Source: Halocafeteria seosinensis
Taxonomy: Eukaryota
Length of the DNA stretch: 43,800 bases
NCBI GenBank assembly: GCA_001687465.1
Contig: LVLI01000643.1
Coordinates: 62,001 to 105,800, forward strand
Direction of reading: 5' to 3'
Part shown: piece after piece, positions 11,482 through 22,149 of the stretch
Position numbering within the stretch: position 1 is the stretch's first letter
How the letters are laid out: every line of letters begins with the position of its first letter
Translations under genes and position numbers: made by a program
The notes under the pieces: model-generated
The model's database searches: none
What the model was told of the DNA's origin: nothing
The model's input: only the letters and a program-made list of their open reading frames with translations

Positions 11482-14400
11482 TCACAGCGTGGAAGTATAC
11501 AACAAGCGGGAAACACAGGAATCAAATATGCTTTTGCGCTGCTCCTTGCTTAGAGCACCAATGGAAAAACAGGCCATACTGTAGGCCCCATCACTTCCTT
11601 GAAACTCTTCGTGGTTAGCAAGAGATCGGAACGTTGACTGACCCCGCATTACGGAGAGAAGAGCCTGCTGTTCCGATATATCAATGTTGTCCCCATACGC
11701 TTGTAATAAAGGAGGTTTCTCGTTCTCCATTTGAGCAAGCCGTTCATGTAGCTGGCTTGCCTTATCAACGAGATAGGACAGAACTTGCAAACTACGTTGC
11801 AATCGTACCGCAGCCCAATGCCATTCCCGTGGAACCATGGAGTCATAATCTGGAGGTTCCTGCTCTGATTTTCCGGCTTCCCTTCTCTCCTTTTGTTTCC
11901 GATGAAACTCGCGTTTCATGCGAGTTCGCTCTGAAGCTATGAAGGACTCTTTCAGCATCGAATAATCAAAAAGAAGTTGTCGTGCGACCTGTGGATCATT
12001 TGCGGCTCTGGAAGAGATGTTTAACCCGTCGATAACAGCCGATGCCAGAACGCAACCGGCAGCCGAAGCAGACAAAATTTCCCCCGTCTCTTCCTCCAAA
12101 TTGATTTCTACACTGGCTTGTGTTCCAGTGCGAGGCTTAACGGGGCTACCATCACTATTGCTCAATGTTCCATACGCAGCTGAAGGAGGCACAAGACTAG
12201 GTAAGGGGACTGCGTCTCGCCTCTTGTGGTCTGAGGAAGGTACTATATCATGGGTAGCTTTCCCCTTAAGTGAACCATAAGGGTCCTGCATGGACCCGTG
12301 AAACACTTCTGACTCTTCCAGAAAGCGGATGCCTAAGCCACTACGACTTGGGGACGCCATTCCTGGCGCCGTCACCGTTCGACCTCTACGGTTCTCCCTC
12401 TGCGAGCTTTTTGAGATCATTCCCTTCGAACGAAGTAAGTCAGTGATGGCGGAGGATTTGCCTACCGACTGTCCAAATGCACTGCCAGCAGCATCCGCCG
12501 AATATCCATCGTCAGACTCAGCAGAATGGGAGGTTTGGGAGCGAAGCAACGTGCGCAGCTCCCTATTGGTGGCCAGTGGATCGTATATGCCATAGTGTCT
12601 TGGAGAACCAGTCACTGAGGATTTCGACTCGGAGAGGATACTACGGGAAGTGTCGCCTCGGGCTCGAATTAAACCCTTCTCAGCGTCGATGGGAGATGAA
12701 CTCGTACCGTCTTCCCCTGGTGCTGCTTTTGAAATCCTCGTTTCTTTCCGCGGAGGCCAAAGTAGCGTTGTTCTTCTAGTCCTCTCCTTTGTTGGTCTAT
12801 CTGCTGGTTGCGCCGGAACAGAGGCTCGCGAGGCCGTCGATGCATTGGCCATATAGTCCTTGGGTAAGCTTCTGTTCGCCCGGTGTACCCCGAACAAGTC
12901 GAGAGGACTCAACAAACGCCCGCGGCGTGCCTGATGAGGCCTCCAGCCTAAGACAATCGGAGTTAAGCTGCTTAAATTCTTTTTTGAGGCAAACCATCGG
13001 GAGCGCTCGTAGTCATCCTCGAATGCATATACACCAAGGGACGCGGAATGACTCGTGTGATCAGGAGATCCGTAGTTAATACCGAATACGCCATAATTTG
13101 TTTCATCTTCACTGGTATTGTGGTAGAGCTTCGCAGCCGCTAATTCATTCTCATAAGCGTCGGGAATTTCTTCAGAGTCTCGAGCGACCTCTCCTTTAGA
13201 AGATATCTCGTTCACGATGGTAGTCCCATAAATCCACCTAAGCCTGTTTACCAGTATGTCACTCACAGTCTGAACGCGATGCAGGCACCCAAAAACTATA
13301 GGGTTGCTTTCGTATATCACCGAAGATACTCTTTCTCTCCGTGTAATCCAGGGTGTGAGCCTACCTACGTCGGGCACAGTAGCCCACTGCACAAGAATAC
13401 TTTGATGTTGCAGTAGATGCTCACGTCGGCCAAGAAGTTGACGGTTGGCAGCAGAAGAAAGCATCGCTGGCAAGCGTTGGTGCCAGAGCGATGGACCAGA
13501 TTCAATAACTGACAATACTTTCACAACCGGTGCACCGTCTTTTTTCTCAATACGAATGTCAACATTGTCCTCTCTGGATTGCTTGAATTTTCCCACAGCC
13601 AAAACAGGCCCTCCTTTTAGCAAGGAATGCTCAATAGTATGTACATCTGTTTCACCCCTTGGTTCTTTATCCGCACTGGATGTAAACTTGACTGTCTTCT
13701 CTCTCGAGACAAAGCTCTCGAACACCGCTTGTTGTCCACTAGCTTTCTTTCTCTGTTTGCTTGTAGTACTTTCGGGTTTGGAAGAAGCAGGAAAAACGAG
13801 TACTCTGGCGGTATCCCCTGCGCTTGAATTTTCTACGGAGCTCTCGGACCCGTTAGAAAACCGGAAGAAGAAGTTCTTTCTAGGGTGCTGATTTTTGTCA
13901 CCACTTTCCGCAGCGGACAGTCGTAAAGACGAAAGGTCGCTTTCTTCCCTACTTACCAACGAAGCAATCCCATCCCCGGCCCCGGCGAATACTAAAAATT
14001 CGGAATCGTGCTCCCGATCAAACTCAACAGGTACAGCATCGCATCCTAGGCTCTCCGCACTCCTGTCTTCTGACTCCACCAGCCTCGGGTCGAAGGACAG
14101 GAACGTCACAGGGAAATCACCGGATACAACCGTCGCAAAAGGATACTCCTCTTGTAACTGTGATATTAAAGTTTCCCGTGTATGTGTCTCCCAAAGCCGG
14201 TAAATAAACCATCTGTTTCGTTCTTCTTCTCCAAATGCCGAGCCTTGGAAATACACGGAGTAAAAGATCGGCTCTAGCTTTAATGGGGGAGTAAATTCAA
14301 GGCTCCTGGGACGAGGTGGATCCTCGGAGTCTTCCAAACCACTTAGCAGCTCAGGATGGTCGTTAAGTTCTCGAGCAGTCTCCCTGCAGATGGTTGTGAA

Positions 14401-17400
14401 AGATTCCGGTAAGAAGTAAGTAGAGGAGCTCTCCCCATTCGATGCTTTCCACACGCAGTTGCGTAAATCGTTCAAGTCATCGATCTTCATTTTCAGTAGC
14501 TCTGCAGCCTGCTTCTGTGACGTATACGAAGAGCTGTCCATGAGCCTAGCTACACCCATCAACTGCCGCCCTTCCCATTCATAGTACTTCTTCAAGCTGT
14601 CACACAAATCCAATGCTACTTTCCATTCAGCAGATCTTTCGCAGGCAGTTAATGCTTCGATGAAGACCCCTTCAATAAATTGAAGCAAGAAGAGCATAGT
14701 CGCCACAGACCTCCAAGAAAGGGGCTCAACTGCACTAGACTCCTTGAGAGCCTCCGAAAATTGTAAATTGAATTCGTCAGCTGACATCCATCCATTCCAT
14801 ACAATACGCTGCAAAGGCGCATAAAACGCCCCTGGTTCAGGAGACAGTAGTGAGTTGCCCTTACAGCAAATGCTAGAGCAGCCTTTCCCAAACACTTCCT
14901 TGGTAACCGCAACAGTGACATCCTGATTCACAGTTACGCCGGTGAAAAAGTCCATATTCCTTTGACGATTGAGACTAATCAAATGGTACACTTCGCGCGC
15001 CAAGATAGATCCAATAGCCACATTATCATCCAACCCTCCTGCCCAGAGAACAGAGACTCTCCCGTCCTCCCCTTCGCTATCGGAAGATGCTTCAGAGTAG
15101 CTGGCTCGCTCATCCGCCCCTCTATCGCTAATAATTCTTTCGAACTGCTCTCCGAGGTATAGTTTCAGCACAGTGTCCTTATCTATAACACCACTACCAC
15201 CTTGGAGCTTGCCCATCAAATCTAAGATACACAAACTACTTGGGGCATTAACCATTGCTGCTATCTGCTCTAACGACCTCGCCGCCTCGATGGTCATTTG
15301 CAGCGGCAACGGCTCTCCTTCCCGCTCAATTTCACTTGTAGTTCGCCCATCTCCGCTGTCAACGGTATTTTCAGGGAGGGGCATGAGGCGCAACCCCCCG
15401 CGGAAGTTGACGCTGGATTTGCTTAGTTGCTCAAAAATCCATCCTAAGCCTCTCCTCGACTCGAGGTCGTTTACTAATAGGTCAGATTCTACACTTACCG
15501 TGCCCGAAAGCAACCGATATAGCAGTGACAAGACTGTGTTTGCAGTAGCCCATGGCCAAGTGGATACGAGGGCATCGCGAACGTTACAAAATGGAATTAC
15601 GGGGCATTCAAGGTCGCTAATATCAGACAGCGATTTGATTTCATCCAAAGGTAAGATTGTGAAATCTTTGAAGGCCAGCGCCTCTAATTCCCCTTCGCCG
15701 GAATCACAGCGAGTATGTCTCCACCATTCACTCCACCGGTCAAGAATATACAAACAAGCATTCGTTGGCTTACTTGGAGCCAAAGATGACACTATCCAAT
15801 CGAGAACAGTGGCCACTATAGTTCTGGTGACATCAGGACATTTCAAATACCTTGCAAGCGATGGGGAATTACTGCCGCGGAATGAAGCCTTGTTGGTGTT
15901 CCGCATCTCGAAGCTTTCTTCTAACCTCATCAGCTGAAGCAATGCATGAAGGGGGGAGTTGATCCACCACGTTTCCGGGAGAGCGTCAAAGTGTTGGAGT
16001 TCTTCATCAATAGGAAGATACAGGAGATACGCCGGTGAAATTTTGTTCTCCTCTTTCAAACGTTGGGCACCGCAACTCACTACCGACATACACACTCGTG
16101 CAGCTTCACACACAGTCGAGCGCCAAACAAGCTTTCCAGTCTCGTCACTTCCTATACTTCCGTCCACATACGCCTGGCGCAGGGAAAGCAAAATGCGATG
16201 CAAGGCAAAATCGAAGCACTTCTTCCCTAAAGAGAGCGCTGTCACAACATGTTCGTTCTGGATTGCATGCTCCCCACTCGGAATCTGCGAATGTCCTGCT
16301 ATCCACAACGAAGAGCTCAAAATGCTTGGGATAAGTTCCATTTCTGGTTCATTAAAACTATACGATCCTCTCGGAGAATCGAGTAGTTCCGCTAACATAC
16401 GGTGTAAGAGGGAAATATCCTTCACTTCCTCACCTAGTGATTCTCTTAACCAGTCGATACATGCCGACAGTACCTTCTGTGTCTGTTGGACTATTCCCGC
16501 CGTAGCCATACCAAACATTTCTCGGTGAAGCTTTCCAGCATCAATGTTCACACCTCGGATGCGTACATCCGTGTCACCAAGTTTCTCCCAGTATTCACAA
16601 TGAGATGCTATCTCGTCAAAGATTGCATGGAAACGATACGCGTTAAGTGACAACCGTTTATCACCTTGGAAACGCCAAAGTTCTTCCTCTGCTTGCTTGG
16701 AGGACCCCATACGGTTGGATAGTGTGGATATAGCGTCATAGCACAAATTTCGCGGCAACAATTTTTCCAGCAAAAAGTTTCTCCCATCTAGGGTATTGGC
16801 AGCACTCACCAAAATCCCACTCAAAGACGACTCCAACCCCAACAGTACTGACGCGCCTGTGCTACTGTGCTTATACCTTCGTACGATCTCTATTGTGTCA
16901 AATAACAAGGGAATCATCCGGCAGAGCGCCATCACATGAATCTTACATCTTTCCTCCCAAGAGCTCACGATAGCAGTGAGATGGAAGAGCAGTTTACTCG
17001 CTCTCGCCAATCCACCCATACCCGGGTTTTCTGGAGGCAAAGTCAGAAACTGCTGAAGCGCTTGCAGGATGGTCCGCAAGATAGCAGGGAAGCACCATGC
17101 TTGAAGGATACCGGTGCATCTTAGAGCTGCGTGCTGGCATGCAACAGATGAAGATGTACTCGGTGTTTCCTTTTCGTTGACCTCACGAGCCTCCTCTGCT
17201 TCGGTTTCATCATCATACAGCAGCGCCAGAGTCTTTGAGCTAAACCCTGGTTGCGGTTCAAGCGCAATCCCATTGTTGGAAAAGGTAGTTTCTGCCAAGG
17301 CACCACAGAGTAATTCGGTATAACTGTTGTCTGAATAATGGTCCGGAAATTGATCTATAACTTCTTGGTACTGCCCACCTATGTTACTGACTCCCCTGCA

Positions 17401-20400
17401 ACCGAGTACTCTGATTAGTAAGGATGCTTGTTTGGACTCTCCTTCGCTCTTGTCGTCTGCCGATTCAGACACGTATGCAACGCAATCACTATTTATCATA
17501 CTCCAAAATAGTTTGTGTACCTGGCAGGTTCCGTTACTAAGCGTGTCTGCATCAGAGGTAGACCGAGGTTGATCCATTATCTCTTGCAGCTTATTTGAAG
17601 CGGACTCTGGGTTGTGAAGCACGCTTGACAGAGCCAGAGACACGCCAATTGCAAGCTGTCGCGGTAAGAGGGTACCTATTACCGGTATAACTTGGTGAGC
17701 TGCTTCAGCAGCCACACATGATAGCCGAGGATCGCTGGCAGACAGAATAATACGGATTATAGATCGCATTAGCAGTAGTTGCAGATGCCCGAAAGCTAGT
17801 CCAATATCTTGCCACATTTGCTGCTGCGCTACAAAAAATAAGCGCTGGTCCACTGCGTATTCCCCATCATCGCCGAACAGATCCTCAAGTCCGGTTAAAT
17901 CGAACTCTTTTCTGAACGTCTCAAATGAGGAATTCGCTTCAAGCTCTTCGAAGAAAGAACCATTCTCATACAAAGCATTGGCGTAACTGGCGACGTGACG
18001 ACACCACGCACGAATCCGGAAACCGCATACACTACCTTTTCGGCATGCCTGTATGCAAGCGACGGCGCACATGCGACTGCACCCACGTATGGCCCATATT
18101 GTATCATCAACAGAACAACTAGAATTCGTCATACCATAATACCATTGGGATAACGAGAGCGCAATCGATGTCATGCACTGAGGAAAACTCCGTTCACCGA
18201 ACGCTAGTTGTACCTGCCTGCTCTCCGTTTCGGCTGGCCTGGCGCTGCCAAGTAGACCCTCGGCCACCTCAACAGCTGCTAGTGATTTATGGGTAGAAGA
18301 GGGACGCCCGCAGCTTGGGAAATAGTGCTCCGCAGTCGGCAACTTCAAGCAAACAAGCTGCGAATAAAAGTCTCCAAGCGTACAGGAAAGAGCAGCAAAC
18401 AGGTCGTGTTCATGTTGAGAGAGTACACTGACTATTTCACGTAATTCTCGCTGCTGCGACTCCTGCTCCTCTGTTACCTGAGAATGCGTGCTTACGGAGA
18501 AGGCGTAAATCATGGCTAGAGCATTGCGGTTCTTTTTATCCTCAGCCGTCTTATCAGGCACATCATTTTCGTAATGTGAAAATACAACGCGCGAAACATG
18601 GGATAGCAAATGGCTAAACCCACGTTTTTCAACTACATCAACAAGGCTCTTGGCAGTCGTCGCTGTGACAGCAGCTAGTAGCTGCTCTAATGCTTTCTTC
18701 CGTTTGACTAAGTCAGCTGAAGAGCAGCACTTTGGATGGAAGATACTGAACCCAAAGTTGAAATAGTGAGAAAATAGCAATGCAAGCATTACACCTTCTC
18801 GACGAAGTCGGGATCGAGAGTTCATCCCTGTGGGACTAAAACTAGAGTCCTGCAGGCTCAATGCATCGAGGATCGAAGGAGGAATCCACTGGATGCAACT
18901 CGGACAGTTTCCAAATTCCTCTGACATCCACACAGAAGGAGTTACCGACGTCTTCCCCGACTCATATGTTTGAATGATTGCACGGTGATATTGCGAGTCC
19001 AGTTCATCCAAAAACGAGCACATTCCATTTGAGTCTCGAAGGGAACCGATACCACCCGCTGCTAGCATTTTCCTCACACACAACGAGTGCACTGCTCCTG
19101 AAGACACGATTTGTATCTTGAGAGAGATACCGAGAGGAAATACTCCGTTTCGTTGGGCCAATGCAACATCTGTGGGGGTATCTGCGTTAACCTCCTCAGT
19201 ATCGATGATTTCCAAATGAGGTGGCAAAATCGCTGCATCCGGTAGAACATCTAACTCTTCTAGCGATATATGTTTTGTATTTGCTGGCAGGGATAGACCA
19301 CCAAAGTCAGTCATCACATCATGCCCAATTTGAGAAGTACAAACGCTAGGTTCAAACATTGCCGCGGGCTCACCACCTGCTGGATCTTCATGTTGAGGAA
19401 GGAATGGTGGTGAACCAGGGAAAATGTTGAGCATAACGTCACAATCTGGGACAGCACCACCGTCGCCGCGGGCCAGGGAAAAGTAACTAAATGCGATTAT
19501 TATGGGTATACCTTTACCCTCAAACGCCCCGGGAGAAGGAACGACGACGTAGAGCAGCATATGATAGTCGCTTCCGGAAGCAGTGAAAGCATCTTCGGGA
19601 AGTTCCATAGGCACAGAAGGTAGCCAATCACCTCTCCAGTGCCCTCCGTCGTCTCTCACAGCTGTCCCTAAAAGAAACGGACTGGTAGTCAACGATCCAT
19701 CTCCCCGTGAAACGACACCAAGTAGGGAGAACGTAGATACGACTTGCCTGCTGAGGGAATGGGATTTTTCCACATAGTCTGAAAATTTTTGTACGAGTCC
19801 ATTGACGGCCACATAAGCATAAGAATCTGTTTTGGGATACTCGTTGAATGAAAGCTGTGATAGACTGCATCCAAGCAAGACGGATTGAGTATTTTTTGTA
19901 CTTGGTGCTTTGGCTTTTGTTTGACGAGACTGCACCACCGCTACTCCGGAGAATGTCGCGACTAATGAGACGCAGAAATCCCAGTTGGGAGTTGTACTTT
20001 CTTCAATGACTTCTTCGTTAGGCTGAGAGACAATACTAAACGCGATATTCCCGCGAACCTCTTGAGTAGGAGTTAGCGATGGAGTTGCATCTGTAACGCA
20101 TAGAGATTTCAAGAACGGGTTGCTGTTGCCAGCTTGAGGGGACCAATGCATTAATGACGTTCCGTTGCCTTGGATGAGGAGCGGATATGCTCCCGCAATT
20201 AGCACGGAAAAGGCCCCTGTCACTGAAACATATAGCCATATTCGCCTTGGAGGCTCACGATCCAATCCCAATGCAACATAAGTTGGTTCCTCGGCCTTCC
20301 TATTCTTTCTCCAATTGGTGTAATCCAGCACAACATCCTCCGTTATGCGTGTCCCATCGCTTGCGAGTAAGCACATATGCAATTCCAGCTCCTGAATACT

Positions 20401-20748
20401 GGCTTCGGAATTCGTCCCGAGAGAATCTGTGGATGCATTCACTCGTACAGCCTGAGTCCACAATTCCTGCAGGTGCTGAGGTTGGACTTCGAGCAGCACA
20501 TCCGTCGCCTCTTCGAACCGAACTCTCTCATCATTGTAGTACTCTTCTCCGCCGGAGGTTGACAACGTCGGGGACTTCATAATGCCTCTGTCTTGGTCAT
20601 GGTACGCTCCGCCATTGGCGTGTTGAATGGACAAGGACGATTCCATTCCGGGGACGACGAGCTCTCGCTGTGTTTTTCTCCTACTTAAGCTCTCATTTGC
20701 GCTCCAAGAGCACCGATCATAAAGCAACCAAGCAGGGCATACTACCAT
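11482..20748 (-). CDS. DOCK-family Rho/Rac guanine nucleotide exchange factor, divergent, single 3088-codon ORF
   Basis: DHR-1/C2-like IIIAFSYFSLARGDGGAVPDCDVMLNIF (about 19420-19505). DHR-2 signatures ERSAEWKVALDLCDSLKKYYE (about 14570-14640), FYSVYFQGSAFGEEERNRWFIYR (about 14200-14270) and RRERVSSVIYESNPI (about 13300-13345). The true start may be the ATG at 20646. Confidence 0.8.
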   Translation of the reverse strand: MVVCPAWLLYDRCSWSANESLSRRKTQRELVVPGMESSLSIQHANGGAYHDQDRGIMKSPTLSTSGGEEYYNDERVRFEEATDVLLEVQPQHLQELWTQAVRVNASTDSLGTNSEASIQELELHMCLLASDGTRITEDVVLDYTNWRKNRKAEEPTYVALGLDREPPRRIWLYVSVTGAFSVLIAGAYPLLIQGNGTSLMHWSPQAGNSNPFLKSLCVTDATPSLTPTQEVRGNIAFSIVSQPNEEVIEESTTPNWDFCVSLVATFSGVAVVQSRQTKAKAPSTKNTQSVLLGCSLSQLSFNEYPKTDSYAYVAVNGLVQKFSDYVEKSHSLSRQVVSTFSLLGVVSRGDGSLTTSPFLLGTAVRDDGGHWRGDWLPSVPMELPEDAFTASGSDYHMLLYVVVPSPGAFEGKGIPIIIAFSYFSLARGDGGAVPDCDVMLNIFPGSPPFLPQHEDPAGGEPAAMFEPSVCTSQIGHDVMTDFGGLSLPANTKHISLEELDVLPDAAILPPHLEIIDTEEVNADTPTDVALAQRNGVFPLGISLKIQIVSSGAVHSLCVRKMLAAGGIGSLRDSNGMCSFLDELDSQYHRAIIQTYESGKTSVTPSVWMSEEFGNCPSCIQWIPPSILDALSLQDSSFSPTGMNSRSRLRREGVMLALLFSHYFNFGFSIFHPKCCSSADLVKRKKALEQLLAAVTATTAKSLVDVVEKRGFSHLLSHVSRVVFSHYENDVPDKTAEDKKNRNALAMIYAFSVSTHSQVTEEQESQQRELREIVSVLSQHEHDLFAALSCTLGDFYSQLVCLKLPTAEHYFPSCGRPSSTHKSLAAVEVAEGLLGSARPAETESRQVQLAFGERSFPQCMTSIALSLSQWYYGMTNSSCSVDDTIWAIRGCSRMCAVACIQACRKGSVCGFRIRAWCRHVASYANALYENGSFFEELEANSSFETFRKEFDLTGLEDLFGDDGEYAVDQRLFFVAQQQMWQDIGLAFGHLQLLLMRSIIRIILSASDPRLSCVAAEAAHQVIPVIGTLLPRQLAIGVSLALSSVLHNPESASNKLQEIMDQPRSTSDADTLSNGTCQVHKLFWSMINSDCVAYVSESADDKSEGESKQASLLIRVLGCRGVSNIGGQYQEVIDQFPDHYSDNSYTELLCGALAETTFSNNGIALEPQPGFSSKTLALLYDDETEAEEAREVNEKETPSTSSSVACQHAALRCTGILQAWCFPAILRTILQALQQFLTLPPENPGMGGLARASKLLFHLTAIVSSWEERCKIHVMALCRMIPLLFDTIEIVRRYKHSSTGASVLLGLESSLSGILVSAANTLDGRNFLLEKLLPRNLCYDAISTLSNRMGSSKQAEEELWRFQGDKRLSLNAYRFHAIFDEIASHCEYWEKLGDTDVRIRGVNIDAGKLHREMFGMATAGIVQQTQKVLSACIDWLRESLGEEVKDISLLHRMLAELLDSPRGSYSFNEPEMELIPSILSSSLWIAGHSQIPSGEHAIQNEHVVTALSLGKKCFDFALHRILLSLRQAYVDGSIGSDETGKLVWRSTVCEAARVCMSVVSCGAQRLKEENKISPAYLLYLPIDEELQHFDALPETWWINSPLHALLQLMRLEESFEMRNTNKASFRGSNSPSLARYLKCPDVTRTIVATVLDWIVSSLAPSKPTNACLYILDRWSEWWRHTRCDSGEGELEALAFKDFTILPLDEIKSLSDISDLECPVIPFCNVRDALVSTWPWATANTVLSLLYRLLSGTVSVESDLLVNDLESRRGLGWIFEQLSKSSVNFRGGLRLMPLPENTVDSGDGRTTSEIEREGEPLPLQMTIEAARSLEQIAAMVNAPSSLCILDLMGKLQGGSGVIDKDTVLKLYLGEQFERIISDRGADERASYSEASSDSEGEDGRVSVLWAGGLDDNVAIGSILAREVYHLISLNRQRNMDFFTGVTVNQDVTVAVTKEVFGKGCSSICCKGNSLLSPEPGAFYAPLQRIVWNGWMSADEFNLQFSEALKESSAVEPLSWRSVATMLFLLQFIEGVFIEALTACERSAEWKVALDLCDSLKKYYEWEGRQLMGVARLMDSSSYTSQKQAAELLKMKIDDLNDLRNCVWKASNGESSSTYFLPESFTTICRETARELNDHPELLSGLEDSEDPPRPRSLEFTPPLKLEPIFYSVYFQGSAFGEEERNRWFIYRLWETHTRETLISQLQEEYPFATVVSGDFPVTFLSFDPRLVESEDRSAESLGCDAVPVEFDREHDSEFLVFAGAGDGIASLVSREESDLSSLRLSAAESGDKNQHPRKNFFFRFSNGSESSVENSSAGDTARVLVFPASSKPESTTSKQRKKASGQQAVFESFVSREKTVKFTSSADKEPRGETDVHTIEHSLLKGGPVLAVGKFKQSREDNVDIRIEKKDGAPVVKVLSVIESGPSLWHQRLPAMLSSAANRQLLGRREHLLQHQSILVQWATVPDVGRLTPWITRRERVSSVIYESNPIVFGCLHRVQTVSDILVNRLRWIYGTTIVNEISSKGEVARDSEEIPDAYENELAAAKLYHNTSEDETNYGVFGINYGSPDHTSHSASLGVYAFEDDYERSRWFASKKNLSSLTPIVLGWRPHQARRGRLLSPLDLFGVHRANRSLPKDYMANASTASRASVPAQPADRPTKERTRRTTLLWPPRKETRISKAAPGEDGTSSSPIDAEKGLIRARGDTSRSILSESKSSVTGSPRHYGIYDPLATNRELRTLLRSQTSHSAESDDGYSADAAGSAFGQSVGKSSAITDLLRSKGMISKSSQRENRRGRTVTAPGMASPSRSGLGIRFLEESEVFHGSMQDPYGSLKGKATHDIVPSSDHKRRDAVPLPSLVPPSAAYGTLSNSDGSPVKPRTGTQASVEINLEEETGEILSASAAGCVLASAVIDGLNISSRAANDPQVARQLLFDYSMLKESFIASERTRMKREFHRKQKERREAGKSEQEPPDYDSMVPREWHWAAVRLQRSLQVLSYLVDKASQLHERLAQMENEKPPLLQAYGDNIDISEQQALLSVMRGQSTFRSLANHEEFQGSDGAYSMACFSIGALSKEQRKSIFDSCVSRLLYTSTL

Positions 20749-22149
20749 GGGTCAACACATGCATGTACAGCGAGTTTAACTCGACTATGGGCCTCATGAA
20801 CCCCTCAACGGCTGCTCGTGCGGAAAACAGAGGACTCTGCCAAAATTGTGGGCGTTTGGGAATCGAGAATCCACAGTCCCCAGCAGAGGTTCGTTATTAG
20901 GATCGATTGTATGTGCGTTTCATAACTGTAGGTGAACAATCAGAGACCATCACTAGCATGGCATGGTTGTTGTACCCATTCGCTGGCACAAATATGTCAT
21001 GGTTGGTCCTTGTGAACATCCTACCCAGGTTGTAAGTTAGTTTTTGATTCTCGGGAAGTTCCACATACATTCGCCCATTTCGCAACAACTCAATACAACA
21101 GCTAGCTATACAAGGCACCACTTCGCAAGTCCCACTCTAACTCAATTATCAGTTCTTCATCTCCATCTAGGTCTGTTTGTACAAGTATACCCGTGTTCAA
21201 GTTCGGTTCCTGCCAACGACGTGGCCCAACGTCACTGGAATGAAAAGCCGGCCCAAAGGAGCGGAAACTAGTCGAATATTTTCCCCTGGTTTGTGTTCGC
21301 CCCGTAGCTCCGTAAGGAGGCATTTAGGCGTCTGTAGCGATAGTACAGGGTAGGATGTACTGCATGAGCTTAAGAACATAGCACGTGGAAGCCTGATAAA
21401 GTCGCAGAGAACAAGGTAAATGATGGTAGTTTTCCCGCCAGCCTCCCCCCTCTGAGCGAATATGCCTCTTTTCCAAGGCTTTCCCTAGTCATTACCCACC
21501 TGTGTGGCTCCTCAAAGCGAGGATACGCTTTGGCATAAGAAAAGCAAAGAGAGAATGGTGTGGTTTAGCAGGGTGGCGGTGAGGTAAAAGCACTAGTTGA
21601 TGTTGAGGCAGGGATACAGTCATTCCGGAGGCTGTTTTCCAGTGCTTAGGCATCATTTATGCCTCATTCAGACCCTCTATACGGTCAATCTCTGCATTGT
21701 GATACTGTTGAAATCTGGTAGGGGTGGATGGATGTGTTGGAATGGATATAAAACAGCCATCAAACGTAGAGGGCAACGGTAGAAGAGCACCTGTGACTCA
21801 TTGACTGATAGTCGAGGCGTCTTAACGGTGGTCTCAATGATTTAGAAAACGTCAACTTAGAGAATTGGGAATGGGAAATTTTGTAACTGTACCAAGTGCT
21901 TGCTGGCTTACTGCTTGATTTTTCGTCTAGGTATCGCTGGCTCCGGCGTTTGGCACGTAACAAGTATATTCTCTCACCATTAAAATGCTCTTTATTTTCA
22001 GACTTGGCTTGTGTCACGCAAAGAGTGCCGTAAGAAAAGGAGAAAGCTTTTGATATCATTGTAGCTTCTCGTACTTGTTTTGCTAGGGCACTGCACCCCA
22101 GCGATAACTGGCTGCTGAGAGCCGCAGTCGTTTTTCCTGAGTACGCCAG

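Noticed and set aside
15173..16528. Plus-strand ORFs of 254 and 189 aa, and the many other short ORFs inside the DOCK gene
   Set aside because: These are antisense shadows of a long coding frame, Ser-rich and with no motifs.
20897..21379. Short minus-strand ORFs as possible upstream (SH3-encoding) exons of the DOCK gene
   Set aside because: No SH3 consensus, and I could not find phase-consistent splicing into the main ORF.
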